A stretch of 64,000 nt of DNA. Origin: Saccostrea cucullata (Eukaryota). Positions 63,249 to 64,000 of the stretch are shown here, one piece after another. The position numbers and the translations under genes were made by a program. The notes under the pieces are model-generated. The model had not been told where the DNA came from, did no database searches, and saw nothing but the letters and a program-made list of their open reading frames with translations. The DNA lies in contig NW_026926569.1 in the NCBI RefSeq assembly GCF_032062105.1, forward strand, positions 186,001 to 250,000, in the 5' to 3' direction. Numbering within the stretch: the first letter of the stretch is position 1; every line of letters begins with the position of its first letter.

Positions 63249-64000
63249 TTTGATGATTGGTTTTAGCTTGTAATGATAAACTGTTTGACTTCTATACCTT
63301 ATATATGCTTTGTTATCTATTGCCAAATGTAGACGCTTGTGTTTGTTTTCATTGATATCAATCGCTCAGGATTATGTCTTAAAATGACGGGTCATATGAG
63401 GTCAGAAAGGTGCATGATTTCATTGTATTAGTTAATTTAGTATGAATTTTCTCGGTCATTTTGACCCTCTATGAACAATATGGGAGGGTTAGGTTTCACA
63501 AATGTGTGGGTTGTGGTGTCCATCAAAGTATGATGAAATATCATGTAAAGTTATAGTTTCTTCTTGATTGCATCATTAGGTCCTTCATATTTTGAGAGCA
63601 AGTTCAACAGTTCTGAATTGCAACTCTTGACTTGTCCTTTGCAGCAGAATAAATTTACTCATGGTGTATTGAAAGTCATGTGAATACAAAAAAAAATATT
63701 AATTATCAAATATTTGTATGAATTGACATTGTTTATAAAGCATTGCTTGTCAATTAAACATTGCATCGTGTCCTTAAAAATTGCATCATATTCTTTGAAG
63801 AGATAGAAACGGAACACATTTAAGGAACAAGACACGTCTTATCACTTCTTTATCAAACGAACTTGAACTTTTTTTTACCTTAAGTGACAAAATTCCGCCT
63901 CAAAAAATTTTACTGAAAGCAATGGGGGTTGTAAAAATTTTCAAGAAAAACTTGAAATTAAAGACAAAGACTTCATTTGTGGAAATACAGTTGAAACATA

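Overview
This is AT-rich, intron-containing animal DNA. The gene set (B-box/NHL TRIM-like gene, C1q-domain cluster) and the satellite-carrying Helentron-type repeats point to a bivalve, probably an oyster (inference). Genes in order: DNAJA3/Tid1 (+, 12 coding exons plus a candidate alternative last exon); PRMT9 (-, 10 exons), head-to-head with an NDUFC2-like complex I subunit gene (+, 3 exons); a TRIM-NHL-like pseudogene lying antisense inside NDUFC2 intron 2; a repeat-dense intergenic block; the 5' part of HERC2 (+, 18 coding exons visible); and three tandem secreted coiled-coil/C1q genes (-) apparently inside a HERC2 intron, two of which carry a single nonsense codon. Many non-autonomous elements can be bounded by their termini and target-site duplications (TSDs). 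The most unusual items are a miniature LTR element with a tRNA cloverleaf in its LTR, a perfect 174-bp inverted repeat beside an orphan octamer/GC-box/CRE cluster, a partly duplicated HERC2 exon start that could act as a poison acceptor, and one Helentron-type family carrying 147-bp versus 108-bp satellite monomers. I cannot show a wholly new biological system from the sequence alone. Exon coordinates were read by eye and may be off by a few bases.
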